A DNA stretch of 64,000 bases from IMG/VR virus record IMGVR_UViG_3300045988_077100, positions 2,602 through 66,601 of that record; one strand, 5' to 3'. The notes beneath the pieces are model-generated. The model was not told the origin of the DNA. It saw only the letters and a program-made list of their open reading frames with translations, and ran no database searches. Every line of letters begins with the position of its first letter. The first letter of the stretch is position 1. The DNA is from a virus. Position numbers and translations under genes: made by a program. Below are positions 42,293 through 51,900 of the stretch, piece by piece.

Positions 42293-42426
42293 GAAAACAC
42301 AAGCAAAAAGCCCCATGCCACTGGGAATGCGGCGGCATGGGGCAATATTAAAACAGAACATGACCGTTCCGAAAAAACAGGGCGGGACGGAAAACATATA
42401 AAACAGGCCAAAAAGGAGGGACGGCT

Positions 42427-43140
42427 ATGGGAACGAGTTGGAGCGAGATCATTTCGGACCATGCCATGGTTTTTATTGATGACGTGAGACTGACGGATCA
42501 GGCGGCGGAAAGCCCTGCGCGGTTCCTCCGGCGGATGAGCCTGTACATGAAAAACGCGATCCCGGTATTCAACCGTCCCCCTGAGATGGTGGATTACCTA
42601 AAGGAGGGGCTGACGGAACCCGCCTACGGGGACAGCGCATGGATCTCCACGGAGGAAAGCCTGACGGCGGAGACCAAGGTGGAAACGGGGATGACCGGCT
42701 ACGAATTATTCTCCTGCGCACAGCGGGCAGAGCAGCCGGACGGGTCCGTGCTCTTAGTACCGTATGGAGAGGCGGTATATGACCCGGAGACCGGGACCGT
42801 GACCTTTCCTCCCCAGATGGACGCGGGATTACAGTACGAAATGGACTTTTACACCGACGGGGCCTTTGCCCATGACCTGACGGCGGAGCAAAAACGGCTG
42901 TTGGGATTGTGCGTAGCCTCCGTATGGGACGAGCGGTTTTTCCGCAACTGGCTCGGCGACGCGCCCAAGGATCATGACCGGAGTTTTAACCCGCCTAACG
43001 AACCGCAGTACATGGAAAAGGGCAGCAAGAAGAAATTGCAAAACCGGGGGCTTCTGAACGAGGAATTGCGGAAGTATGAGCAGGACTGCATATACGCCAC
43101 GGCGTTCCGCCGGTCGGCACGGCAGATGGAGCTGATCTGA
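42427..43140 (+). CDS. Hypothetical structural-module protein (237 aa)
   Basis: ORF track; AAGGAGG SD. Confidence 0.55.
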   Translation: MGTSWSEIISDHAMVFIDDVRLTDQAAESPARFLRRMSLYMKNAIPVFNRPPEMVDYLKEGLTEPAYGDSAWISTEESLTAETKVETGMTGYELFSCAQRAEQPDGSVLLVPYGEAVYDPETGTVTFPPQMDAGLQYEMDFYTDGAFAHDLTAEQKRLLGLCVASVWDERFFRNWLGDAPKDHDRSFNPPNEPQYMEKGSKKKLQNRGLLNEELRKYEQDCIYATAFRRSARQMELI

Positions 43141-43154
43141 AAGGAGGGGACCAC

Positions 43155-44477
43155 ATGGCGGACGCCAAGCACGGCATGAAAAACATTGGACTTTTGGGCG
43201 GCGGGAACGGCAGGGCGACCAACGCTCCGGCTCAATACCGGGACCGGAATCGGCAGTATTTTGCGGATGCCACGGCCCGGTTTGTGGAGGAAATGGCTCC
43301 TTACGCCACGGACTTTGTGACGGCCCGGATGCAGGGCTTGGTTCCCGGAGACTTCTACCGGTGGAGCACGAAGCGCATCCGACTCTCCGACACCACCAAG
43401 CAGGGCGTCAGCCTTACCCGGAAAACCGATGATCAGAAGGCATTTCTGGTGGCGGACGCCGGGGTGGACTACATCCCGGAGGGAGCCAAGGTGGAGACCA
43501 TGGGTTCCTACTGGCTGGTAACGAACCCTTCTAATCTATCCAGCGCCACGGGGAACGGCATCATGCGGCGGTGCAACGCCGTATGGCGGTTTCTGGACTG
43601 GTACGGCAACATCCGAGAAGAACCGATCCTTGTGGAAAAGTCGCTGGCGCAGGCCACAGCCAACGATTTTCAGGAAATGACCCTCATCATGCAGGGATAT
43701 TTCAACATCATCTGCCAGCGGAACGCCAACACGGAGCAGCTGGACCAGAACAGCCGCCTGATCTTAGGGCGGCGGGCCTACCAGATCACGGGCTACTCCG
43801 ACGTGACGCAGGAGTTTACCGGGGACGATGAGAGCACACACCTGCTGTATTTCAACGCCAGAATGCAGGAGCCGAACCACGAGATCGACGATCTGGAAGC
43901 GAAGGTGGCAGGGGGGAAGAACTTCTCCTGGGCGGTATTCGTCACCGGGGCGCCCCGCATGACGGCGGGGGACGCCTTCCAATTCACCGCTGCTTCCCAG
44001 CGGAACGGGGCCGAGGTGGAGAACACGGAGGAACACCCCATCGGCTATGTATGGTGTTCCAGCGACACCAACGTGGCCACGGTGGACAGCAAAGGCGTGG
44101 TAACAGCGGTAGGCGAGGGCACCTGCCAAATCACGGCGGTGCTGGACCAAAACCGGACCTACGGCGGGACCTTCGCCGTGACGGTGGAGGCATCGGCGGC
44201 AAAAACACCGGCGGTACGGTTTTTGAATGAAGTTCCCAAGTACATGGCCCCCTACGATGTGGAGACCTTGGAGGCGGCGCTGTTTATCGGCGGCGTTCGA
44301 CAGGACACGGCGGTGGAGTGGACCTATGAGGGAGCCGCAGAGGGTTCTTACAGCGTGAGTGTCAATGGGAACCGGTTGACAGTAAGGTGCTGGGGGAACA
44401 GCCCAAAACCGCTGACGGTAACGGCCAGATGCGAGGGCGAGAGCGTCAGCGCGGAGATCGAATTGGAGGGCTTGTGA
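43155..44477 (+). CDS. Structural protein with C-terminal Ig-like (Big_2-type) repeats (440 aa)
   Basis: ..WCSSDTNVATVDSKGVVTAVGEGTCQITAV.. is a classic Big_2 signature. Confidence 0.6.
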   Translation: MADAKHGMKNIGLLGGGNGRATNAPAQYRDRNRQYFADATARFVEEMAPYATDFVTARMQGLVPGDFYRWSTKRIRLSDTTKQGVSLTRKTDDQKAFLVADAGVDYIPEGAKVETMGSYWLVTNPSNLSSATGNGIMRRCNAVWRFLDWYGNIREEPILVEKSLAQATANDFQEMTLIMQGYFNIICQRNANTEQLDQNSRLILGRRAYQITGYSDVTQEFTGDDESTHLLYFNARMQEPNHEIDDLEAKVAGGKNFSWAVFVTGAPRMTAGDAFQFTAASQRNGAEVENTEEHPIGYVWCSSDTNVATVDSKGVVTAVGEGTCQITAVLDQNRTYGGTFAVTVEASAAKTPAVRFLNEVPKYMAPYDVETLEAALFIGGVRQDTAVEWTYEGAAEGSYSVSVNGNRLTVRCWGNSPKPLTVTARCEGESVSAEIELEGL

Positions 44478-44478
44478 G

Positions 44479-44673
44479 ATGGCAGAGAAGTGTCCATACG
44501 CTTACAAGCGGCCCGGAACGGTGAGTTTGCTGTGCGAGAAGCAGCCGGGGCAGAAATTCCCCATCTGCGGGCACCAGCATTTGTGCGGCGTGACCGGGCA
44601 ATGGGAGAACACACCGCAGGCGGCCTTGTGTCCCCTGCGAGGAAGCAACTGTGAGAAATTCCAAAAAATCTGA
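44479..44673 (+). CDS. Cys-rich small protein (64 aa)
   Basis: ORF track; coupled to the upstream gene. Confidence 0.45.
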   Translation: MAEKCPYAYKRPGTVSLLCEKQPGQKFPICGHQHLCGVTGQWENTPQAALCPLRGSNCEKFQKI

Positions 44674-44687
44674 AAGGAATGACGTAT

Positions 44688-45251
44688 ATGGAATGGAAAA
44701 AGCTGACGGAGGAAGGGCTGCTGGCAGCCAGAGACTATGTACCCCTGATGGAAAAGGCGGCGTTTGCGGCGGAGTGCGCCGGACGGTGCTTTGACCGGAT
44801 GGAAGTCCGGGTGGAGGGAGGACAGGTACTCCCCTACTTCAAGGAGAACGTGGAGCGGCGGAGCCGGTATCTCATGGGCGGCTTTGTAAAGCTGTATCTG
44901 GGAGAGGACTTTGAGCCGGTGGAGGGGGAAACCTACCTCATGTCCGCCGACGACTACGACCGCTGGGCCGGAGGTCACATCTTCAACCAGATCGACCGCA
45001 TGAAGGGAAAGGGGCCGAACCTCCGGGACAAAGCCTTTGACCTGCTGGCGGACTACCGCGATCTGGAAAAGATGCTGAAAACGGAGATTTATGGGATGCT
45101 GCAAGCCATGAACGATCCCGTGAGCCGGTTTCAGGATCTTGCGGCGCAGAGCATGACGCCGGAGGCGGTGCAAAAGACGCTGGACGATCTGAAGGAGGCC
45201 CGGAGCGCCTTTGACGCGGCCTTTCAGCAGCGGAAGGACGGCGCACAATGA
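44688..45251 (+). CDS. Hypothetical neck-module protein (187 aa)
   Basis: Second ATG of ORF 44679..45251, 9 nt after AAAGGA. Confidence 0.55.
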   Translation: MEWKKLTEEGLLAARDYVPLMEKAAFAAECAGRCFDRMEVRVEGGQVLPYFKENVERRSRYLMGGFVKLYLGEDFEPVEGETYLMSADDYDRWAGGHIFNQIDRMKGKGPNLRDKAFDLLADYRDLEKMLKTEIYGMLQAMNDPVSRFQDLAAQSMTPEAVQKTLDDLKEARSAFDAAFQQRKDGAQ

Positions 45252-45952
45252 ACCCGGCCTTCCACAGCCCCACTTATCCATTTGAGAGAGTCCAAAGCGG
45301 GTTTCTGACCTTCCGTGGGGCGGAGGAGATCCCCCACAAGCTATTGACCTATCTGATGGATCTGCCGCTGCCGGACGGCTACGAGCCGGTGGATGACAAC
45401 ACCCGCCCCCGTGTCCGGCTGATGAAATATCTATGGCATGACGGGGCCAAGCCGCTGGGAGAGCGGCTGCCCACGGCCAAGGAGAAGCAGAGCCTTCTTT
45501 TTGACGGGAATGAGCCTGTGGTAGACAGCAACACCCAGCGCCGCAAGCACCCGAAAGGGTATCGCCTTTACGCACAGAAGTTCTGGGGAGAAGCCCAGAC
45601 GGAGGCGAAAAGCACGATTAAATGTTATTTGGGCCGCATTTTTTCACAGACGTCCTTTGACGCGCGGATCGGGATCACGTTTGTGATCTCCTGCAACGTG
45701 AACCAAGAGACTACCACTAAAACGGAGGCATACGCCCGCTCCTACGATATGGAGCAGTGCATCATCGAGGCACTGAACGGGGTGAATCTGGCGGGGATCG
45801 GCGTGTGCGATTTCTCCCGTGCCGCACACGCGGACAACGGAAGCCGACCGGTATATGACCAGACGGGCACGGTGGTGGGCCGGGAACTGAAAATGAGCAT
45901 ACATTGGGCGGAAAGCGAAGCCGCCATGGGGGATACCATTGAGGACTACTAA
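45248..45952 (+). CDS. Hypothetical neck-module protein (234 aa)
   Basis: ORF track; ATGA overlap. Confidence 0.55.
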   Translation: MNPAFHSPTYPFERVQSGFLTFRGAEEIPHKLLTYLMDLPLPDGYEPVDDNTRPRVRLMKYLWHDGAKPLGERLPTAKEKQSLLFDGNEPVVDSNTQRRKHPKGYRLYAQKFWGEAQTEAKSTIKCYLGRIFSQTSFDARIGITFVISCNVNQETTTKTEAYARSYDMEQCIIEALNGVNLAGIGVCDFSRAAHADNGSRPVYDQTGTVVGRELKMSIHWAESEAAMGDTIEDY

Positions 45953-45976
45953 ATTCACAACGGGAGGACAGCCACC

Positions 45977-46279
45977 ATGACCATGGAAGAAGCAGCCGTA
46001 AAGATAGAGGGGCATGAGCACGAGATCAAGTCCCTGAAACACCGCATGGAAGAGGTGGAGCGGGATCAGCAGGCGCTGATCAAGCTGACTGCCAGTGTAG
46101 AGGTAATGGCGACCAAGCAGGAAGAAATGGGGACCAAGGTGAGCCGGATCGATGAAAAGATGACGGAGATGGAAGGGAAGTCCGCCAAACGGTGGGACAG
46201 TCTCGTGGACAAGGTGATCTGGCTGATCGCCGGGGCCTGTATTGCGGCGCTGTTTGCCAGCGCGGGCATTGCCATTTGA
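45977..46279 (+). CDS. XhlA-like coiled-coil membrane protein (100 aa)
   Basis: Coiled-coil N-terminus (HEHEIKSLKHRMEEVERDQQ) and C-terminal TM (VIWLIAGACIAALFASAGIAI), as in XhlA-type lysis accessory proteins. Confidence 0.5.
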   Translation: MTMEEAAVKIEGHEHEIKSLKHRMEEVERDQQALIKLTASVEVMATKQEEMGTKVSRIDEKMTEMEGKSAKRWDSLVDKVIWLIAGACIAALFASAGIAI

Positions 46280-46310
46280 TTTCAGATATTGGAGAGGATG
46301 AATTAAAAGA

Positions 46311-47111
46311 ATGGAACTCTCACGGAATATCAAGCGGGCGGCGGACCGCTACGAACCCGTAGAAACCGCCGGACTGACCCTATGGCCCATCCGGGTATGT
46401 GAGCAGGAGGAATTTGAGCGGGCGAGACCCGCCATTGACGTGATTCAGCAGGCGCTCCCTGTGCGCTATGCGGTCATGCCTCTGCTGACAGCCTATTGGG
46501 TCATGGATCTGGAAAGCATGGAGCGGGGGGAGGAACCGGTGGGCCTTTTCAACCGGGCGCTGGCGTTTTTGGCGCTGGCGCTGCGGCTGGGGGAGGGTCG
46601 GAGCCTTTCGGACCGCATCCGCCTGTTTCATGTGAAACTTTCTCCTGAAAATACAATGGATTTAAAGGGGATATGCTTTACATGGAACGGTGAGGAAGAA
46701 ATCACCATTACCCCGGTACAATTCCAGCGGCTCAGGGCTATTCTGGCCTATCAGAACGGCATTGAGCTGACGGATGAGGACGCCAACCCAGACCTGTTGG
46801 AAGCGGAGGCGGAGCTGGCCCGGAGAAACGGGCCGAAGCTGCGCCGGGACCCGGCCGGTCTGCTTTCCTCCATCGCCCTGTTTACGGGCTGTGAGGAAAC
46901 AGAGATGGACGAATGGCCCCTGCTGAAGCTGAAACGGCGTCAGGAAGCCATCCAGCGGGCGGCGGATTATCTGATCTGCGGCATTTCGGAGGGCAACGGC
47001 GTGAAGTGGAAGGGCGGGAACCCTGTACCCCACCTTTTCTATGACCGGGAGCGGGAGGACGCGGGGGCCATGACCCCGCTGAGTCAATTTACCAACAATA
47101 CGGAACATTAA
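46311..47111 (+). CDS. Hypothetical protein (266 aa)
   Basis: ORF track. Confidence 0.5.
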   Translation: MELSRNIKRAADRYEPVETAGLTLWPIRVCEQEEFERARPAIDVIQQALPVRYAVMPLLTAYWVMDLESMERGEEPVGLFNRALAFLALALRLGEGRSLSDRIRLFHVKLSPENTMDLKGICFTWNGEEEITITPVQFQRLRAILAYQNGIELTDEDANPDLLEAEAELARRNGPKLRRDPAGLLSSIALFTGCEETEMDEWPLLKLKRRQEAIQRAADYLICGISEGNGVKWKGGNPVPHLFYDREREDAGAMTPLSQFTNNTEH

Positions 47112-47128
47112 AAGGAGTGTGAACAGAC

Positions 47129-48256
47129 ATGATCACTTTTACCGACAAGAGACTGTACGCCAAGGGCATTTGCACGGCGCAGCTTCAGGACCCCTCCACC
47201 GGGGAGATTCTGAGCCAGAGCGACAAGTTTTCCACCGGCAACATTCAGTTCTCCGCCAACACCGACCCCCTGCGGGCGGGCCTTGGCAACGGCATCGCCA
47301 CCATCATCGCCAGCGACAGCGACACGCAGGTGAACTTCACCCGCGCGGACTTCGACCTGATGACCAAGATGATGGCTGTGGGCGGCGCCGTGAACTACAA
47401 CGCCGTTTCCCCCGTCTGCCAGACGGTGGAGGCCACGGGTACTTCCTTGAAGGCCGACGTGAGCAAGCTGGTGCCGGTGGCCCAGTACGGCTATTCCAAC
47501 ATTTTCTGCTACGTGCAGGAGGTGGGTGCTGCGTCCTCCTACGCTGTGGGCGGCGTCCCCTATCCCATTGACCCCGCCACCGGCGCCATTACCGGCTTCA
47601 CCGCTGAGAACGGCAAGAGCTACAAGGTGTGGTACTTCGCCAAGAAGCCCGCGGCCCAGGTGGGCATTGTGAACGGTGCTTTCAATGGCCGCATCGTCCA
47701 CTTCACCGCTCAGATCGCCGTGTATCAGAACGTGTCCGGCAAGAATAAGGGCACCCGTTGGGGGTGGGGCTATTTGATCGTGCCCCGCCTGTATCTGAAC
47801 CCCGAAGGGGCCAACACCACCGGTGACCAGACCAACTACGACACCACCACCATCACCGGGCGCGCCATCAACGAGGACGCCGATGTGATCTCCGCTGAGT
47901 GCGACGCCTGCGGCGGCATGGGCACCGTGGCCTACATGGTGCTGGTGCCTGACGAGGAAAGCGACGAGGTGGCGGGGCTGGCCGTGATCGGCGGCGTGGT
48001 GAGCGTGGCTGCCAGTGGCACTGCCCCCGTGAATGCCAAGTTGGTCATGAAAAACGGCGAACTGGTGACGCCCTCTCCCGCAAGCCTGCTGAAGTACACC
48101 GTGACCGCCGGGACTGCTACCGGGACCACGGTCTCCAAGGACGGCATTGTGACCGCCGGGAGCACGCAGGGCACCGGGAGCATCGCCATCCAGTATCCCG
48201 CCGAGGGAGCCGCCAAGTACACCGCGCAGGCGGTTCTGGAAGTCACCGCCGAGTAA
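47129..48256 (+). CDS. Putative major tail protein with C-terminal Ig-like domain (375 aa)
   Basis: Position upstream of the tape measure. C-terminus ..KYTVTAGTATGTTVSKDGIVTAGSTQGTGSIAIQY.. is Ig-like. Confidence 0.55.
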   Translation: MITFTDKRLYAKGICTAQLQDPSTGEILSQSDKFSTGNIQFSANTDPLRAGLGNGIATIIASDSDTQVNFTRADFDLMTKMMAVGGAVNYNAVSPVCQTVEATGTSLKADVSKLVPVAQYGYSNIFCYVQEVGAASSYAVGGVPYPIDPATGAITGFTAENGKSYKVWYFAKKPAAQVGIVNGAFNGRIVHFTAQIAVYQNVSGKNKGTRWGWGYLIVPRLYLNPEGANTTGDQTNYDTTTITGRAINEDADVISAECDACGGMGTVAYMVLVPDEESDEVAGLAVIGGVVSVAASGTAPVNAKLVMKNGELVTPSPASLLKYTVTAGTATGTTVSKDGIVTAGSTQGTGSIAIQYPAEGAAKYTAQAVLEVTAE

Positions 48257-48274
48257 GGGACACACCAAAAACGC

Positions 48275-48350
48275 CTTATCCTAAGCGTTGGATAGGATGA
48301 GCCGAGCGGGGCTGACTGCCGGGGAAACCCGGTGGTCGGCTCCGCTTTTT
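48275..48350 (+). terminator. Two-hairpin element, copy 3 of 3
   Basis: CTTATCC-TAAGCGTT-GGATAGG, ATGAGCCG, then a 19-bp hairpin (48305-48346) with GAAA loop and T5. Confidence 0.7.
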
Positions 48351-48449
48351 GTTCCCCGGCGGACGGGAGAGCATGAGGATCTCATGCTTTGGCGTATGCT
48401 TGGGATCATTTTCGTGAGGTCACGAAAATGGACGGAAAGGAGCGGGGAT

Positions 48450-48971
48450 ATGAGCGGGAGCGCATCTGCCAGGATCACAGGGCTGGACGAGGACATGGCG
48501 GCACTGGAACAGCGGTTCAAGGCGGCGCTGGCGGGGGCCATGCCCACGCTGCGGGAGGATTTGTCCCAATGCCTTTTCGAGCACGTGCAGGGCGACGTAT
48601 ACGAGAAGTTCGACCCGAAGGAATATATCCGGCGGGGAGAATACGGCGGCTTGGCCGACATCGACGGCAACACGGAGTTTGCGGTGACAGAGGACAGCGT
48701 TTCCATGGACTACCAGCCCAGCGGCGAGAGCGAGCAGGTGGAAAACCCGCTGAACGGGGACGCACTGATCGGGCGCATTGAGCATCTGGACCCGCCCTAT
48801 GACTGGACCCGGAGGCCACCGGCCAGACCGTTTTTTGAGAATTTTGTCACGGAGCTGGTAGAAGGCGGACGGGCGGAGGAAACGCTGGTACGGGCCATGA
48901 ACCAACAGGACGCAGAATTACAGATCGAAGCCAACGGCTACACGGGCCGGGAGGGTGACGAAGGATATTGA
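48450..48971 (+). CDS. Hypothetical protein in the tail-chaperone position (173 aa)
   Basis: In-frame Met after AAGGAG inside ORF 48288..48971. Lies directly before the tape measure. Confidence 0.5.
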   Translation: MSGSASARITGLDEDMAALEQRFKAALAGAMPTLREDLSQCLFEHVQGDVYEKFDPKEYIRRGEYGGLADIDGNTEFAVTEDSVSMDYQPSGESEQVENPLNGDALIGRIEHLDPPYDWTRRPPARPFFENFVTELVEGGRAEETLVRAMNQQDAELQIEANGYTGREGDEGY

Positions 48972-48993
48972 AGTAAAGGCAGGGCGGTGAAGC

Positions 48994-51900
48994 ATGGCAA
49001 AAATTATCTTTAAGGGCGTACCCGATTTTACAGAGGTCCGGGCGGAGATCGCAAAGCTGAAGCAGGAGGTCGCGTCGGTATCCTCCACGAAGGTGAATCT
49101 GAACGGCACGGCGCAGGGCCTGAACGGCGCGGCCAATGCCGCCGGGAAGCTGGCGGGGAACTTGCAGAAGGTTTCCACCACCTTTGACGCAAACGGGCAG
49201 GCCACGCGGCAGGTGCGGGATTTCTCCGCACGGCTGGGAGAGACCACCCGCGTGGTGGCGACGCTGAACAAGGAGACGGGGGATCTGGCTGTGACCCAGC
49301 AGACCGTGACCCGGAACTACCGACAGCAGGCCCAAGCAGCGGAGAAAGCCGCTGCCGCAGAACTGAAAGCCACGCGGCAGGCCAACGCCTATTTACAGCA
49401 GCAGACCAGAGCAGCGCAGAACACCCCTTATAATCCCACATCGATCCAGCGGCAGATCGAGGGCATGGTGGGCATCGGGAATGCAGCCAAGAGTGCGGCG
49501 GACAGTGCCGGCGTATTTGAAAGAGCGTTTTTGAACACCTCCGATAAGGTCCAGAAGGGCACGAAGGAGATGACCGAGAAAAACGGGCTGTTAGGGGACA
49601 GCTTTACCAACGTCTACCTGAAAATGCTGCAATGGCAGGTGATGGGAACCATCGTCTCCAAGACCATTGGGGCCTTCCGGGACGCCATTTCCACCATGAA
49701 GGCCGTGGACGATGAAATGGTGACGGTCCGCAAGGTAACTGGCTTTACAGCGGAGCAGATGGAAAAGCTGCGGGACCGGGCCTATGAGACGGCATCGGCC
49801 TACGGCGAGGCGGCGGACGAATATCTGAACTCCGTGGCGGCGTTTGCCCGTGCCGGTTACGGCGAACAGGCGGACGCACTGGCGGAGCTGGCCACCAAGA
49901 CAAAGCTGGTGGGCGACACCAACGCGGAAACGGCACAGCAATTCCTGCTGTCCGTGGACGCGGCGTATCAGTACAAGGGCAACATTGAAGCCCTGACCAA
50001 GGTGCTGGACGGCGCCAACGAGATCGACAACAAGTACGCCACCAGTATTGAAAAGCTGGCGGAAGGCTTGGGGACCGTGGCTCCCGTGGCGGCACAGGCC
50101 CATGTGGGGATCGATGAACTGACGGCGGCGATCGGTACGATCACCGCCGTGACCCAGCGGAGCGGCAGCGAGGCGGCCCGTGCGTTCCGGGCACTGGTGC
50201 TGAACATCGTGGGGGACACAAAAACCGAGATCGACGAGGGCGTGACGTGGACCACCGGGGAGATCGCCGGATTGAAGGACGTGATCCGACAGTACGCCCC
50301 GGCTGCGTATGAAGCGGCCAAGGCCACCGGCGAGGTCATTGACCCCATGGAGGCCATCGGGGGCCTTGCCCAGAGCATGAAGGACGGGCTGCTGACCGAA
50401 CAAAAGCTGATGGAGATGGTCAGCGACATCGGCGGCAAGCTGCGGACCTCTCAGCTGCTGGCCCTGATCCAGAACTGGGATATGTACCAGTCCATGCTGA
50501 AAGACTACGCCAACGCCGTAGGCAGCGCGGACAAGGAAATTGAAAACGCACTGGACAGCTGGACCCGCAAGACCAACATTCTGAAAAACGAATGGACGGA
50601 GTTCATCCAGAGCATGGTGAGCACCGACGCCGTTAAGGGCGGACTGGACGTGCTGATCGGTGCGGTGGAAGTCCTGAACACGGACATTGGGCATTTCGCG
50701 GCGGTTTCCGGGACTGCGGTTTTGGGAATGCTGGCGCTGAAAGCGGCGGCCAAGGGCGCGACGGTGGCATTTGCAAAGCTGTCGGCGGCGGGGATCGCCA
50801 TGAACCCGTGGCTGCTGGCAATCGCGGCGGCGGCAGGGGCGTTCAGCCTTGTGTGGAAGGCGACGGAGGACTACCGGAAAAGCCTGTCCACCCTGAACAC
50901 GGAGATCGAGACCAACAACACCCAGTTAGAAGAAAACAAGAAGCGGCTGGAAGAAATCTATGCAATTCCATGGCATGATCTAACGCCGGAGCTGATCGAG
51001 GAAAAGAAGGCACTGGAAGCGGAAAACGCCGAACTGGAACAGCAGATCAAGCACCTGACGGCAATCGCGGAGAAGAAGTCGCAGAGAGTGGGCGGAGCCG
51101 GTGGAACCACCATCACGTCCATGGGCAGCGTGAAGGGCTACGATGAATTTGTGGGCCGGTCCTTCAAATCCACGGAGGAAATGATTGCCCAGCTGCGGCT
51201 GGTGACGGGACAGGCCATCAGCACCACGGCAGACCTGGAACGGCTGGGGATCACCTACGAGACACTGGCGGACAAGGCCAAGGCGTACACGGACCAGCTT
51301 CAGTCCGGGCGAAGCATCCAACAGGACCAGATCGACGATTTCTACGCCGTGAAAACGGCGGCGGAACAGCAGGTGGCAGCCTACGAGGAAGCCATCAAGG
51401 CCAACGGCAAGCTGACGGACGCCCAACAGGCGGACTATGACGTGCTGAAGGCATTTTTGGCACAGGTCAACAAGGCCACACAGCCCATGAGCGACTATGT
51501 GGCGGGGCTTTTGAAGGTACAGCGGCAGGCGGGGAAGTCCGGGGACCAGATTTACGATCTGGTGAAGCGGATGATCGTTCTGAACGAGAAAAAGCTGGAC
51601 CTGAGTCAGCAGATCGGAGCACTGCGGCAGCTGGCCACCGAGGCCGGGGCGGCCGCCTATTCCGTGGGCATGATCGGTGCCGCCAAGACGCAGGATGTAG
51701 AGCGGACTATCAAAGGCTTGTTGCAGACCGGAAAGGCCAAGACCTATGACGAAGCCCGTGCCATCGTTCTGAACCGGATCTACAAGTCCATGTTTACGGA
51801 CACCGGGCGGGACAGCGGGACGGTGGATACCACCTCCAAAGTGGATACGTCCCCCACCACATCGTCCACAGGGAAATCCACTAAGGACGCGGAGCTGGAA

